NCBI GenBank assembly: GCA_964495685.1
Contig: CAZBVQ010000002.1
Span: 107,284-171,283, forward strand
Origin: an uncultured Candidatus Saccharibacteria bacterium
Lineage (GTDB): Bacteria; Patescibacteriota; Minisyncoccia; Phycocordibacterales; PALSA-1337
Reading direction: 5' to 3'
DNA length: 64,000 nucleotides
Shown here: positions 29,883 to 39,551 of the stretch, one piece after another
Numbering within the stretch: the stretch's first letter is position 1
Layout of the letters: every line of letters begins with the position of its first letter
The notes under the pieces: generated by a model
Seen by the model: only the letters and a program-made list of their open reading frames with translations
The model's database searches: none
What the model was told of the DNA's origin: nothing
Made by a program: the position numbers and the translations under genes

Positions 29883-30953
29883 TTATTTCACCTGCACCGG
29901 CTTGCCATCCTTGATCTCCCAGACACCGATCGGTGAGCGGAATGACGAGGTTCCCTTTTCTTTGGTGAGTGTACCTGCCTTGCCTGGATAACTGGTGGTA
30001 TTCAAGAGATAATCGAGCACCGAGCCAGATTCGAAACCGTTGACGAGCAGCTTGAGTGAGTCATATGCATACGGAGCCACACGAACATTGAAGCGAATGT
30101 CGGGATAAGTCTTGGTAAATTCATCAGCGAACGCAGCGTCTGATAATGACGCGTCAGTATACCAACGATCATTGAAGAGTGATGGGTTTGCAGCAATAGA
30201 GAAAGTTGCAATACCCGCAACATTTGTCACACCGAGAGACTTGAGCTGCTGACCGATAATGTCGACCTGTGGTGGAAAGAACCCGACCAGAATCAGGTCT
30301 GGCTTGGTGGCACGTGCCTTGGCAATAGAAGTATTGAAGTCTTTGATTGTCGGCTCATGCTTCTCATCGTATACGATCTTGATGCCACTGGTTGAAGCTG
30401 AAGCGAGCACACCATCGACAAGAAGGTTGAATCCTGGTTGATTCTGACGAATGATGGCGACATTCTTGGCACCACGCGCGATGGCCTCATTGACCCAGGT
30501 ACGTCCTTCATCATCAGCCATGAGAATGTTGGTGAAATTATATTGCCCATCTGCTACGCGCGTATCACTACAAAGACAAATCTGTGGGATTTTTGCGCCA
30601 GCGGCGATCGGTTTGACGGCATTACCTGTACCCGAAGTAACCGTGAGGACGGCCTGGACTTTCTCGACATTGATAAGTTTTTGCGCAGCACTGGCAGCTT
30701 GAGCAGGATTGGTACCGTCGTCTTCGACGAGAAGCTGGTAGGTGTTCTTGGTGGTACCGAGCTGTTTCAGAGCAAGATCAACACCCTTGGCGAGGTTGGT
30801 ACCGTAGACAGATGCTCCACCGGTCATAGGGCCGATAATACCGATCTTAATGACCTGACCTTGAGTAGTTGCTGGTGACGAGGAACGATTGCTAGACCAG
30901 ATAGCTAGAATAATAAAGATAACGACAATGATTCCAATGATTATTTTTTTCAT
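29883..30953 (-). CDS. ABC transporter substrate-binding protein, LivJ/LivK (type I periplasmic-binding fold) family, paralogue 1
   Basis: N-terminal TM anchor (MKKIIIGIIVVIFIILAIW) followed by IKIGIIGPMTGGASVYG, which is typical of Leu/Ile/Val-binding proteins. Confidence 0.75.
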   Translation of the reverse strand: MKKIIIGIIVVIFIILAIWSSNRSSSPATTQGQVIKIGIIGPMTGGASVYGTNLAKGVDLALKQLGTTKNTYQLLVEDDGTNPAQAASAAQKLINVEKVQAVLTVTSGTGNAVKPIAAGAKIPQICLCSDTRVADGQYNFTNILMADDEGRTWVNEAIARGAKNVAIIRQNQPGFNLLVDGVLASASTSGIKIVYDEKHEPTIKDFNTSIAKARATKPDLILVGFFPPQVDIIGQQLKSLGVTNVAGIATFSIAANPSLFNDRWYTDASLSDAAFADEFTKTYPDIRFNVRVAPYAYDSLKLLVNGFESGSVLDYLLNTTSYPGKAGTLTKEKGTSSFRSPIGVWEIKDGKPVQVK

Positions 30954-31041
30954 AACAGAATGATATCACGCAACCCTTTTTCGTCAATAAAAATACCGCG
31001 ATCAAAGTCGCGGCTGAGGAGGTGCCATGTCAAGGTGTCGT

Positions 31042-31329
31042 TCAGGTCAGTGAAAAATCAGTGTAAACACCGCGCTCATAGTCGCGCTTGATCCTGATAA
31101 GATCTGGCCAAGTAATAATCTGGAACAAGCCGAACAACGCAACGACGAGAAGCATGAACACACTCTCAACACCGAAGTACGACCATGGGTCCGTGCGTGG
31201 TTCGACAATCTTACTGTCTCGGTACTGACACCGTACGAATCCGAGGAGTGCGATGCTGCCGATGCTAAGCCAGATAACAATGGCCAAAAAGATGGACTTG
31301 ATTATCCATTCGGAAGTTGTGTAGCTCAT
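31042..31329 (-). CDS. Small membrane protein (two TM helices)
   Basis: 95 aa and hydrophobic, lying between livG and SBP1. Confidence 0.3.
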   Translation of the reverse strand: MSYTTSEWIIKSIFLAIVIWLSIGSIALLGFVRCQYRDSKIVEPRTDPWSYFGVESVFMLLVVALFGLFQIITWPDLIRIKRDYERGVYTDFSLT

Positions 31330-31383
31330 AACGTGCTGTCCCTTTCGTAAGTCACTATAACACCTTTAGTTTTGACTGCAAGG

Positions 31384-32136
31384 TTACTCCCCCAAATACG
31401 CCTCAACAACATCCTTCCTAGCCAACACCTCATCCGGCTTACCTTGTGCCAAAAGCTGCCCCGCATCGAGTACATAGAGATGGTCAGAGAGCTCACGGAT
31501 AAGATCCATATTGTGTTCCACCAAAATCACCGTCTTGCCATGTTCGCGTAACTCCTTCATCACCGCCACGACTGTCTTGATCATTTCAGGAAAGAGTCCA
31601 GCGAACGGCTCATCAAAGAAAACGATCCCAATGTCCCCTACACCACTATGTACAATTGCGAGGACACGAGCAATCTCAAGCAACTTGCGCTGGCCGTATG
31701 ACAGATTCTTGGCAAGCTCATCGCGCTTATCCCACAGCCCCACCTTCTTGAGGACTTCCTCGGCTTTCTCGAGATGGAGTGCGGTGTGTTTCTCGAACAA
31801 TGCCCGCCAGATGCTGCGCTCAGTCAGTACCACCAAGATATTATCAAGAACAGGCATTTGCTCGAACAATTTGACGTCCTGGAAGGTGCGCGTCATGCCG
31901 AGAAATGGAACCTCGTACGCTTTGATACGGGTCAATTTTTCTACACCTGCAATGATAACTTCACCTCCATCTATCTCATGCATGCCGGTCAGTGTATTGA
32001 TGAGGGTTGATTTACCCGAGCCATTTGGACCAACAATCGAAGTGATCTTCCCTGCCTCAAATGAAATAGAAAGTTTGTTGACCGCATAGACGCCGTCAAA
32101 GTGTTTTTCTAGGTTGTGAGTGGAGAGGAGGGGCAT
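31384..32136 (-). CDS. livG: Branched-chain amino-acid ABC transporter ATP-binding protein (LivG-like)
   Basis: Walker A GPNGSGKST, signature LSYGQRKLLEIAR and Walker B VFFDEP. Confidence 0.8.
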   Translation of the reverse strand: MPLLSTHNLEKHFDGVYAVNKLSISFEAGKITSIVGPNGSGKSTLINTLTGMHEIDGGEVIIAGVEKLTRIKAYEVPFLGMTRTFQDVKLFEQMPVLDNILVVLTERSIWRALFEKHTALHLEKAEEVLKKVGLWDKRDELAKNLSYGQRKLLEIARVLAIVHSGVGDIGIVFFDEPFAGLFPEMIKTVVAVMKELREHGKTVILVEHNMDLIRELSDHLYVLDAGQLLAQGKPDEVLARKDVVEAYLGE

Positions 32137-32142
32137 GAATTA

Positions 32143-33228
32143 TTATTGATTAAAAATTCCCTTAGGCAATTCGCCCTTGATAATAGGACCAATGATAACT
32201 TTTGCCGTACGCAAACCAACATCATTGAACGTGATTGATCCGCTGGCTCCGAGAATGTTCGTATCCTGAATGCTTTCCAGCCATTTCTTTGTGTCAGGAT
32301 TATAAGCTTTCATAAGAGTATTGAATGAATCATACCCGGTCGACGCACCGATACCAGGATCCGCTCCGTACTTATTTTTATATGCATCAACAAATTCCTG
32401 AGCATCCTTATCACCACCAGTCACCATAGCAATAGATCCGTTAAGCGCGCCGAAACCTCCGAGCACCTCTTTTATCTCTTTTTCACCTGTCTGAATATCC
32501 TGATCAAACACGAAAACTAATGGTGACTTTGATTGTTTTTGAGCCTCTTTAACAATGAGAGCAGCCTGCTGCGGAACCGTATAAAGCACCATAGCATCTG
32601 GCTTGAGGGCAAGAAGCTTCACCACATCCGTCCGCACATCTTTGCTATTGGAATCAACCAGTATGCGTGTAGTACCTTCACCATAACCAGCCACAAATGC
32701 GTTCGCAAAATTACTCCACGTTTCCAGATTTTGGGACACGACAATCACGACGTTTTTGTAACCTTTTTCTTTGACGTGTGCACCGAGCAGTGTCTCAGTT
32801 GGAATTCCACTCGGCCATAACTGGAATATATTATCCTTTTCGGCTGGTTTACTTTGCTCGAAACCTTGAATAAACGGCTTGCCAGATTGATGTATCAAAT
32901 CATATGCCGCGTCGACAGTAATAGTGGTCATACTTATAAACGCATCGACATTGTCGACAGAGGCAAGCTTTTGATATGCAGAGAGACCTCTCTTGGCATT
33001 AAATTCATCATTCTCTGTTATCAAAGAAATTGCCTGATTTGGATACCGTGTTGACCATTGTTCTTTGGCCAGCTCGACACCTTTGTTGTAATTTTCACCC
33101 ACTACCGCATAGTCACCTGTAGTTCCCGAAATAAGGCCGATTTTGATTGCCGAAGATGAATCGCCACGTAAAAAATATACTCCGAGAATTATTACCGACA
33201 CCACCAAAACTGAAATACTTTTTTTCAT
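32143..33228 (-). CDS. ABC transporter substrate-binding protein, LivJ/K family, paralogue 2
   Basis: TM anchor plus IKIGLISGTTGDYAVVG. Confidence 0.7.
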   Translation of the reverse strand: MKKSISVLVVSVIILGVYFLRGDSSSAIKIGLISGTTGDYAVVGENYNKGVELAKEQWSTRYPNQAISLITENDEFNAKRGLSAYQKLASVDNVDAFISMTTITVDAAYDLIHQSGKPFIQGFEQSKPAEKDNIFQLWPSGIPTETLLGAHVKEKGYKNVVIVVSQNLETWSNFANAFVAGYGEGTTRILVDSNSKDVRTDVVKLLALKPDAMVLYTVPQQAALIVKEAQKQSKSPLVFVFDQDIQTGEKEIKEVLGGFGALNGSIAMVTGGDKDAQEFVDAYKNKYGADPGIGASTGYDSFNTLMKAYNPDTKKWLESIQDTNILGASGSITFNDVGLRTAKVIIGPIIKGELPKGIFNQ

Positions 33229-33233
33229 GGTCG

Positions 33234-34391
33234 TTATTTAAACTCAATAGACTTCCCGTCCTTTACGTGTCTAAACACTGTATTTCTCTGGACCTCGCAA
33301 TCAGAATCAAATGAGTACTTCCCCGTAATACCCTGATATTCTTTGAGGCCGCTAATATAATCTGCAATCTTCTGTGGATCTTCACCAACGACACTGATAG
33401 CTTTGGCAAGAAGCAAAGTCACATCATAATGTCCAGCCGAGAAATAGATGGGGCTAGAGTTATATTTCTCGCGATAGGCCATTTTGAAGGCCCTAGTATC
33501 GGAAGAATCTGTCGCCACATCATCCTTGGTGTATTCATACTCGACATAATCGACACCTTCGACGAGAGACATGTCTTTCAATGCTGGGTTCGTCAACGTA
33601 GCAAAATCACTAATAATCGGCTTAGTCAGCCCAATCTCCTTCATTTGTTTCAACATCGACTCGACCGTATTGAGCACATTCGACATAACAATACCGTCAA
33701 TATCGTCCTGCTTGGCCTTTATTTTGGTAATACTTGTCCGATAATCATTCATGCCCGGAGCGGCACTATAAAACTCCGTCACCACGATAGTGCCTCCTTG
33801 CGTAGGATATGATTTGGTAAACTCCTCCGCCCATCCACGTCCATATTCATTATCTGGCAGAAGTACAGCAACTTTCTTATACCCTTTCTTAAGCACCAGT
33901 TCACTCAATCGAGGACCTATTGTTCTAGCTGTAATGGAAATGCGACACGTTCGATTATTTCCATCATAATAGTTCAGTGCGGTGGCGACTGGCGCAATCG
34001 TGAAATTACCATCGTCAACAACCAACTTTCTAGTAGCGGCAACAACTGAACTACCGTCAATAATGAAGTTCCTCAATCCTTTGAGCTTGAGCGCCTGGTA
34101 AGCACTAACAGCCGTCTTGGGATCATAAGCTGAATCTTCAACTACAACTTCTAGCTGTCGCCCGTTGATGCCTCCATCTTTGTTTATCTTTTCAATCGCC
34201 ATACCGATAGCGCGCTGTTGTAATTCACCAAGAAGCGCAGTCGGACCAGTCAACATGAGCGCGGCACCAATTTTTATGGGACCTAATTCTTTACCTTTCT
34301 CCGACGATGATGTAGAACTCTTACTAGAGAATGACACACCAACAATGATGAGAATGATTATAATGATCAGAATCCAAATACCTTTTTTCAT
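33234..34391 (-). CDS. ABC transporter substrate-binding protein, LivJ/K family, paralogue 3
   Basis: TM anchor plus IKIGAALMLTGPTALLG. Confidence 0.7.
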   Translation of the reverse strand: MKKGIWILIIIIILIIVGVSFSSKSSTSSSEKGKELGPIKIGAALMLTGPTALLGELQQRAIGMAIEKINKDGGINGRQLEVVVEDSAYDPKTAVSAYQALKLKGLRNFIIDGSSVVAATRKLVVDDGNFTIAPVATALNYYDGNNRTCRISITARTIGPRLSELVLKKGYKKVAVLLPDNEYGRGWAEEFTKSYPTQGGTIVVTEFYSAAPGMNDYRTSITKIKAKQDDIDGIVMSNVLNTVESMLKQMKEIGLTKPIISDFATLTNPALKDMSLVEGVDYVEYEYTKDDVATDSSDTRAFKMAYREKYNSSPIYFSAGHYDVTLLLAKAISVVGEDPQKIADYISGLKEYQGITGKYSFDSDCEVQRNTVFRHVKDGKSIEFK

Positions 34392-34409
34392 GTGAATGAA
34401 ATAGACCGC

Positions 34410-35492
34410 TTATTTAATAACCACAAACTTCTCGCCATCCCATTTCTTGACCACCTGCACGACATCGAATGAACCGTCATTATTATACACGTACTGACCA
34501 GCGACTCCTGAGAAATTCTGACGAAGAGATTTCATCAAATCCGCAGATGAAGCCGAGGTAGCCGCGTGTGCAAGTTGAGTAACCGCATCATATATATAGT
34601 CACCGGCAATCGTCGGATATGAACCGTATTGATTGTGGTATGCATCGATGAATGCGACGTTGTCATTGCTGACAAACAACTGATTATCCATTGCTCCTTG
34701 GGCAGCCTTGATTTGATCGACAATCTCGAACACTGGCCCACTCACCAGTGGAGTAGTCAGACCGACATCCTTGGCTTGCTTGGCAAACACACCCACCTGC
34801 GGAGAAATATAGGCCACGATGACATCAGGCTTTGCGGCACGAATTTTGGTGATAGGTGTCTTGAAATCATTCTCAGACTTGGCCACTGATTCGTCGGCAA
34901 CGATGGTGTATTCAGATGCTGGTAGCAATGTAACCAGCGCATCATGCACAGATTTGGGTCCATCACTCTGATTCCAAACCAGTGCAATCTTCTTGTATTT
35001 ACCCTGCAACAACAAGTCACGTATAGCACGTGCCTGCGGTTCAGGACTCAACATATATTTGATAGCCCACTGTTTGCCTGTGTTGATCTCAGTCGAATTA
35101 CCAAGACCGATGAATGGTACACTTGCCTTCTCAGCAACATATGATGCGGCGACAGACGACGGAGAACCATAAGCGATCAGTGCGCCGACCTTGTCGATAT
35201 CAATGAGTTTCTGCGCGACCGAAACGGTCTGCTTGGGATCGAACTGATCATCGGCGTACATGACCTCGATACGTGATTTGTCTTCAGCCGAGAGTTTGGA
35301 GAGAGCCAATTCGACTGACTTCTTGGACGCTTCACCGAGCGTAGCTGCTGGGCCAGAAAGTGGCAGGATGATGCCAACCTTGAGTGTTTGGGTTTGATTT
35401 GAAGGTGTCGGCGACTGGCTCGTACCCCGAGCAAGAATGATGATCACGATCACAATGACGATGACGAGAATTCCGATTATTTTCTTGGCCAT
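34410..35492 (-). CDS. ABC transporter substrate-binding protein, LivJ/K family, paralogue 4
   Basis: TM anchor plus LKVGIILPLSGPAATLG. Confidence 0.7.
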   Translation of the reverse strand: MAKKIIGILVIVIVIVIIILARGTSQSPTPSNQTQTLKVGIILPLSGPAATLGEASKKSVELALSKLSAEDKSRIEVMYADDQFDPKQTVSVAQKLIDIDKVGALIAYGSPSSVAASYVAEKASVPFIGLGNSTEINTGKQWAIKYMLSPEPQARAIRDLLLQGKYKKIALVWNQSDGPKSVHDALVTLLPASEYTIVADESVAKSENDFKTPITKIRAAKPDVIVAYISPQVGVFAKQAKDVGLTTPLVSGPVFEIVDQIKAAQGAMDNQLFVSNDNVAFIDAYHNQYGSYPTIAGDYIYDAVTQLAHAATSASSADLMKSLRQNFSGVAGQYVYNNDGSFDVVQVVKKWDGEKFVVIK

Positions 35493-35600
35493 GTATATGA
35501 AATATTAAGGGTAATCTGACAGGCAAAGTATAGCAAGCTATATATAAAAAACCACCGGAACGAATGGATCGTTCCGGGGTGTGAGAATGTGGGGATCAGA

Positions 35601-35990
35601 TTACTGCACCAATGGATCTTCGGGCTGTGCGTAATTGATCTTGAGATCACCAGCAAGACGCCGGAGGCGGGTAATCACGAGCGTGTAGTCAGATCGAATC
35701 TCCTCATCAACCGCTTCGAACATGCTCTGCCCAATCATCGCCTGGTAAAACTCCAGCGAGACCACGTGGAGTCGGTGGAAAAGTTCAGGTGTCGGTTCAT
35801 CTCCGAAATCAGCCGTGCTTTCCGCCAATTGCTCGGCGAACATTTGAGCGGCCAGGACCTTGAGAGCATTCGTATTCTGTCCAGTAATGTGAGCCACAGT
35901 GAGACCTCCACCAATATTGTGTTGGGCTAACTGACTACCGTCCGGCACGCTCGCATGGGCGACTACGGTGATAATATCTTGTTTTTTCAT
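35601..35990 (-). CDS. Hypothetical protein (129 aa) inside an insertion that interrupts the liv operon
   Basis: Acidic ORF with no motif recognised. Confidence 0.3.
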   Translation of the reverse strand: MKKQDIITVVAHASVPDGSQLAQHNIGGGLTVAHITGQNTNALKVLAAQMFAEQLAESTADFGDEPTPELFHRLHVVSLEFYQAMIGQSMFEAVDEEIRSDYTLVITRLRRLAGDLKINYAQPEDPLVQ

Positions 35991-36182
35991 GGGTGTACTT
36001 TCGATCTATTGGTTTGTGTTTACTGGTATAGTTTATACCACATTTTCCATAATTATGCAAGGTTTTGTCGCGTATACCCCACCACACTCTTCAATCTTCA
36101 GCGAATCTTCATTGTTTCTTCAGCGTTTCTTCATTTCAACCTGATACAGTCCTCATATGGAAGGCGTGATGTCTTTCCATGT

Positions 36183-36251
36183 GGGCCCAGAGGCGGTCCT
36201 CCACTCCTTTTAGTCAAATTGGGTGTACGGGTTCGACTCCCGTTGGGTCCA
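36183..36251 (+). ncRNA. tRNA-like element with a canonical T-arm and acceptor 3' strand but a non-canonical remainder. It may be a degenerate tRNA or a tRNA-3' att remnant
   Basis: The T-arm ACGGG-TTCGACT-CCCGT is followed by TGGGTCC-A. A 5' GGGCCCA can pair with the acceptor 3' strand, but the interior (about 37 nt) does not fold into standard D and anticodon arms. No CCA is encoded. Confidence 0.3.
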
Positions 36252-36624
36252 CAAAACGACCTTGACTTTGTATTCGAATAAGAATATCATAGTGACAATT
36301 GACTAGAAGGGGTGGAGCAGTCGAAGACTGTCTCGCAAACAAAAAACCGTATGCCTAGGGCGTACGGATTTTTGTTTGATCTCACAATCCCTAAAAATGA
36401 TGCAAAAAATAACTTGGTTTCAGTTCGTTACCTACCCAAGGGCGTCGATTGCAAGATGAGTTTCTGGCTCTATGGCAACAAGTGTCTCTTTGCCTCTGGT
36501 GGCAGTGAGAAGATCGCCTTCGTCGTCCACAGCAAAGAGTTCTGTACCATGATGAAAATCTTGTGGCAAAGTTTGTGGGAGACGGCGAAGAGGTAAATCC
36601 CGCAAAACGAAACCCACATCTCCC

Positions 36625-37491
36625 CTACAACCTATATTCCCCCACCAACCCCTGTGGCCTATACAACATCAGCACAATAAGAATCACTCCATACACCACT
36701 TGCCTCATCTGAGCAGCAATGTCCGACGGGAATCCGACGAAGCGCAAAATTTCTGGCAACAAGATCAAGCAGACTGCACCGAGAACTGCTCCTTTGTTAT
36801 TTGCCAATCCACCCAGAATAACAATAGCCAAAAGGAAGATCGACTCATTCAAGGTGAATGTCGACGGATCAATGAACGTAATGTAACTCGCAAACAAAGC
36901 CCCTGCCACCGACGCCAGTACGGCGCCAATAACGAAAACCGTCAGCTTGTACCAGAGTGTGTGATAGCCAAAAACACGGATGGCTTCCTCATCTTCGCGG
37001 ATGGCTTTGAGGACGCGGCCAAACGATGATCGTGTTACGAAGACGCAGACGCCATAGACGATGAGGCCGAGCACAATGGCAAGAATAAGGAATGACAGAT
37101 TATCTGAAAATACATAACCGAACAACGATGGGCGTGGAATGCCTGGGATACCGAGAGGTCCACGTGTCAGACCTTGCCAGTTGAGGAAGATGCTGTAAAT
37201 GATGACGTTGAAACCAAATGAGCCAAGCGCATAATAGTCATCTTTGAATTTCGACAACACAAATCCAATCGCTAGTGACAAGACAGCAGTGATGACCATG
37301 CCGAGAACGAGTGCCACGAAGAAATTCATCCCCGTCGTCGTCAACAATATGGCTGTCACATATGCGCCGATGCCATAAAACGCTGCCTGTGTGATAGAGA
37401 GGAGACCTGCATATCCGACAATGAGGTTGAGCGACAACCCGAGGATGCCGTAGATGCAGATAAGAATGGCGAGGTGGATGAGGTATTCCAT
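36625..37491 (-). CDS. livM: Branched-chain amino-acid ABC transporter permease (LivM-like)
   Basis: 288-aa polytopic membrane protein located immediately downstream of a LivH-like permease. Confidence 0.7.
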   Translation of the reverse strand: MEYLIHLAILICIYGILGLSLNLIVGYAGLLSITQAAFYGIGAYVTAILLTTTGMNFFVALVLGMVITAVLSLAIGFVLSKFKDDYYALGSFGFNVIIYSIFLNWQGLTRGPLGIPGIPRPSLFGYVFSDNLSFLILAIVLGLIVYGVCVFVTRSSFGRVLKAIREDEEAIRVFGYHTLWYKLTVFVIGAVLASVAGALFASYITFIDPSTFTLNESIFLLAIVILGGLANNKGAVLGAVCLILLPEILRFVGFPSDIAAQMRQVVYGVILIVLMLYRPQGLVGEYRL

Positions 37492-37492
37492 A

Positions 37493-38359
37493 TTACTTTT
37501 TCAATATCCCCTGCGGTCTCCACAGAAGGAAAATAATAAGCACACCGAATGCGATTGCGTCTTTCCATTCACCACTGATCTTCCAAATACCAAAGTTCTC
37601 GATGAAACCGAGGAAGAATGCACCGATGACGCCTCCATATATATTGCCGATACCACCAATGATAGAAGCGATCACCCCTTTGAGGAGCAACGACATGCCC
37701 ATGGTGGGCTCAATACCTGTATCAAATCCTATCAATATTCCTGCCAGACCAGCAATACCCGAACCGATACCGAAAATCCAACCAATGATGCGTGGCGTGT
37801 TGATACCGACAATTTTGGAAACTTCCTCGTCATCAGAGACCGCCTTGACCGCTTTGCCGAAAATAGTGAACTTCAAAACCAACGCCATGATGGTCATGAT
37901 GACCAGACCGCAGATGAGGATGATCAGCTGAACTTCAGTGATAACGCCGCCAAAGATATCGTAGACCTTCCCCGCTCCAGCACTTTGGGATAGTGTCTGG
38001 AATTGACTGGTGAAGAGGATGGCGATGATGGCTTGAATAGCTGTGAATGCACCCAGTGCGCCGACGAGGAGCACCATGCCCGACGACTTACGTTTGCGCA
38101 ACGGCGAATAAATACTGCGATAGAGCAAATAGCCGATCAGTCCTGAAATGAGGACGCCGAGAACGACGGAGAGATAGAGATTGAGGCCGAGTGTCTTGTA
38201 GAAATAGAAAACTGCGTAACCACCGACGGCAGTGAGTGCACCGTAGCCGAGGTCGAAGAACTTCACGGTGCCATAAATCAAATTAAAACCGAGGGCAACC
38301 ATAGTGTAGATTGCTCCGGCGATGATACTGTTCACAATCAATTGGGGAATGATGTCCAT
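37493..38359 (-). CDS. livH: Branched-chain amino-acid ABC transporter permease (LivH-like)
   Basis: 288-aa polytopic membrane protein in the first permease position of the LIV operon. Confidence 0.7.
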   Translation of the reverse strand: MDIIPQLIVNSIIAGAIYTMVALGFNLIYGTVKFFDLGYGALTAVGGYAVFYFYKTLGLNLYLSVVLGVLISGLIGYLLYRSIYSPLRKRKSSGMVLLVGALGAFTAIQAIIAILFTSQFQTLSQSAGAGKVYDIFGGVITEVQLIILICGLVIMTIMALVLKFTIFGKAVKAVSDDEEVSKIVGINTPRIIGWIFGIGSGIAGLAGILIGFDTGIEPTMGMSLLLKGVIASIIGGIGNIYGGVIGAFFLGFIENFGIWKISGEWKDAIAFGVLIIFLLWRPQGILKK

Positions 38360-38435
38360 AAATGGTTGTGGTTGTAGCGCTATAAATATATACCAAAACC
38401 CGCTCTGTGGCGAGCGGGATTAGTGATTGTAAATC

Positions 38436-39542
38436 TTACTTCACCTCAACAGTCTTCCCGTCTTGTATACGCTTCACGCTGTACACAGCTGAGGTCATAT
38501 CACCATTCTGATCGAACTGTATAGGTCCAGAAATACCAGTAAAATGTATGGAGCGAATTGTACCTGCCAAATCTGCACCAATACCCTTATTCTCCTTGAG
38601 AGCCATCAAAACGGTTCGAGCAGCATCATATGCCTGCGGAGCACATGTGGGGACCTGCGTACCTCCAATCTTAGTCAAAACTTTAGTATTAAACTCCGCA
38701 TTTTCTGGCACTGAAGCACCGACAAAAAGAATATCTGCTTTCTTGTTCACTTCTTGGACAAATTTGGTATCCCCCCAAGCGTCAGCACCAAGAATTTTTG
38801 CCTTGATACCAAGATCAAACATTTGCTGAACAGCAACTAGCGCCCCCTCTGTATACATTGGCGTATACAAATAATCAGGAGCTAGTGCTTTTATTTTTGA
38901 AAGTTGTGTCTTGTAATCACGGACTTCTTGAGCCGTTCCCTCTTCGGCCACAACCGTACCTCCAAGTTCGCTAAATCGTTTACTGAAAACCTCTTTAATG
39001 CCCGTTCCCCAATCAGAAATGTGATAGAGCACAGCAACTTTCCTGGCACCAAGAGTATTATATGCATATTCAGCAGCATATTTGCCCTGATATGCATCAG
39101 ATGGATATGTTCGGAAGAAATATGCACCCGCTGAACTCAACGATGGCGCAGACGAACAATAAGCAACGACAGGAACCTGAGCCGGAGTCGCAACACTCAT
39201 TATTGCGGTAGTTTCACCTGAACACAGTCCACCGACAACCGCAGCGACTTTATCTACATTGATTAGCTTTTGCGCGGCACTTGTAGCTGGGGCTGGTGAA
39301 CACTTACCATCTTCAGCAATAAGTTGGACGTTCCTACCATCAAGGCCACCCGCCTTATTGAATTCATCGACTGCAATTTCAGCTGCCGCCCGTGAAGCTG
39401 CTCCAAGCGCCGTAAGATCACCCGTCAGTGGCCCTACGAATCCAATCCTAATCGGCCCCGCCTCCCCCTTCTTGCCACCACTCAAGGCGATAATGAGGAT
39501 GACGATGATTACTACAATAACGACCCCGAGTATTTTTTTCAT
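38436..39542 (-). CDS. ABC transporter substrate-binding protein, LivJ/K family, paralogue 5
   Basis: TM anchor plus IRIGFVGPLTGDLTALG. Confidence 0.7.
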   Translation of the reverse strand: MKKILGVVIVVIIVILIIALSGGKKGEAGPIRIGFVGPLTGDLTALGAASRAAAEIAVDEFNKAGGLDGRNVQLIAEDGKCSPAPATSAAQKLINVDKVAAVVGGLCSGETTAIMSVATPAQVPVVAYCSSAPSLSSAGAYFFRTYPSDAYQGKYAAEYAYNTLGARKVAVLYHISDWGTGIKEVFSKRFSELGGTVVAEEGTAQEVRDYKTQLSKIKALAPDYLYTPMYTEGALVAVQQMFDLGIKAKILGADAWGDTKFVQEVNKKADILFVGASVPENAEFNTKVLTKIGGTQVPTCAPQAYDAARTVLMALKENKGIGADLAGTIRSIHFTGISGPIQFDQNGDMTSAVYSVKRIQDGKTVEVK

Positions 39543-39551
39543 AAATAATTA

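Noticed and set aside
36000-36260. Possibility that the tRNA-like T-arm/acceptor element is the 3' end of a tmRNA (ssrA)
   Set aside because: No tag-peptide reading frame of the ...A-L-A-A-stop type was found upstream on the plus strand, and no 5' GGGG...TCGACGGG-type tRNA-like-domain partner. It is kept as a generic tRNA-like or att fragment instead.
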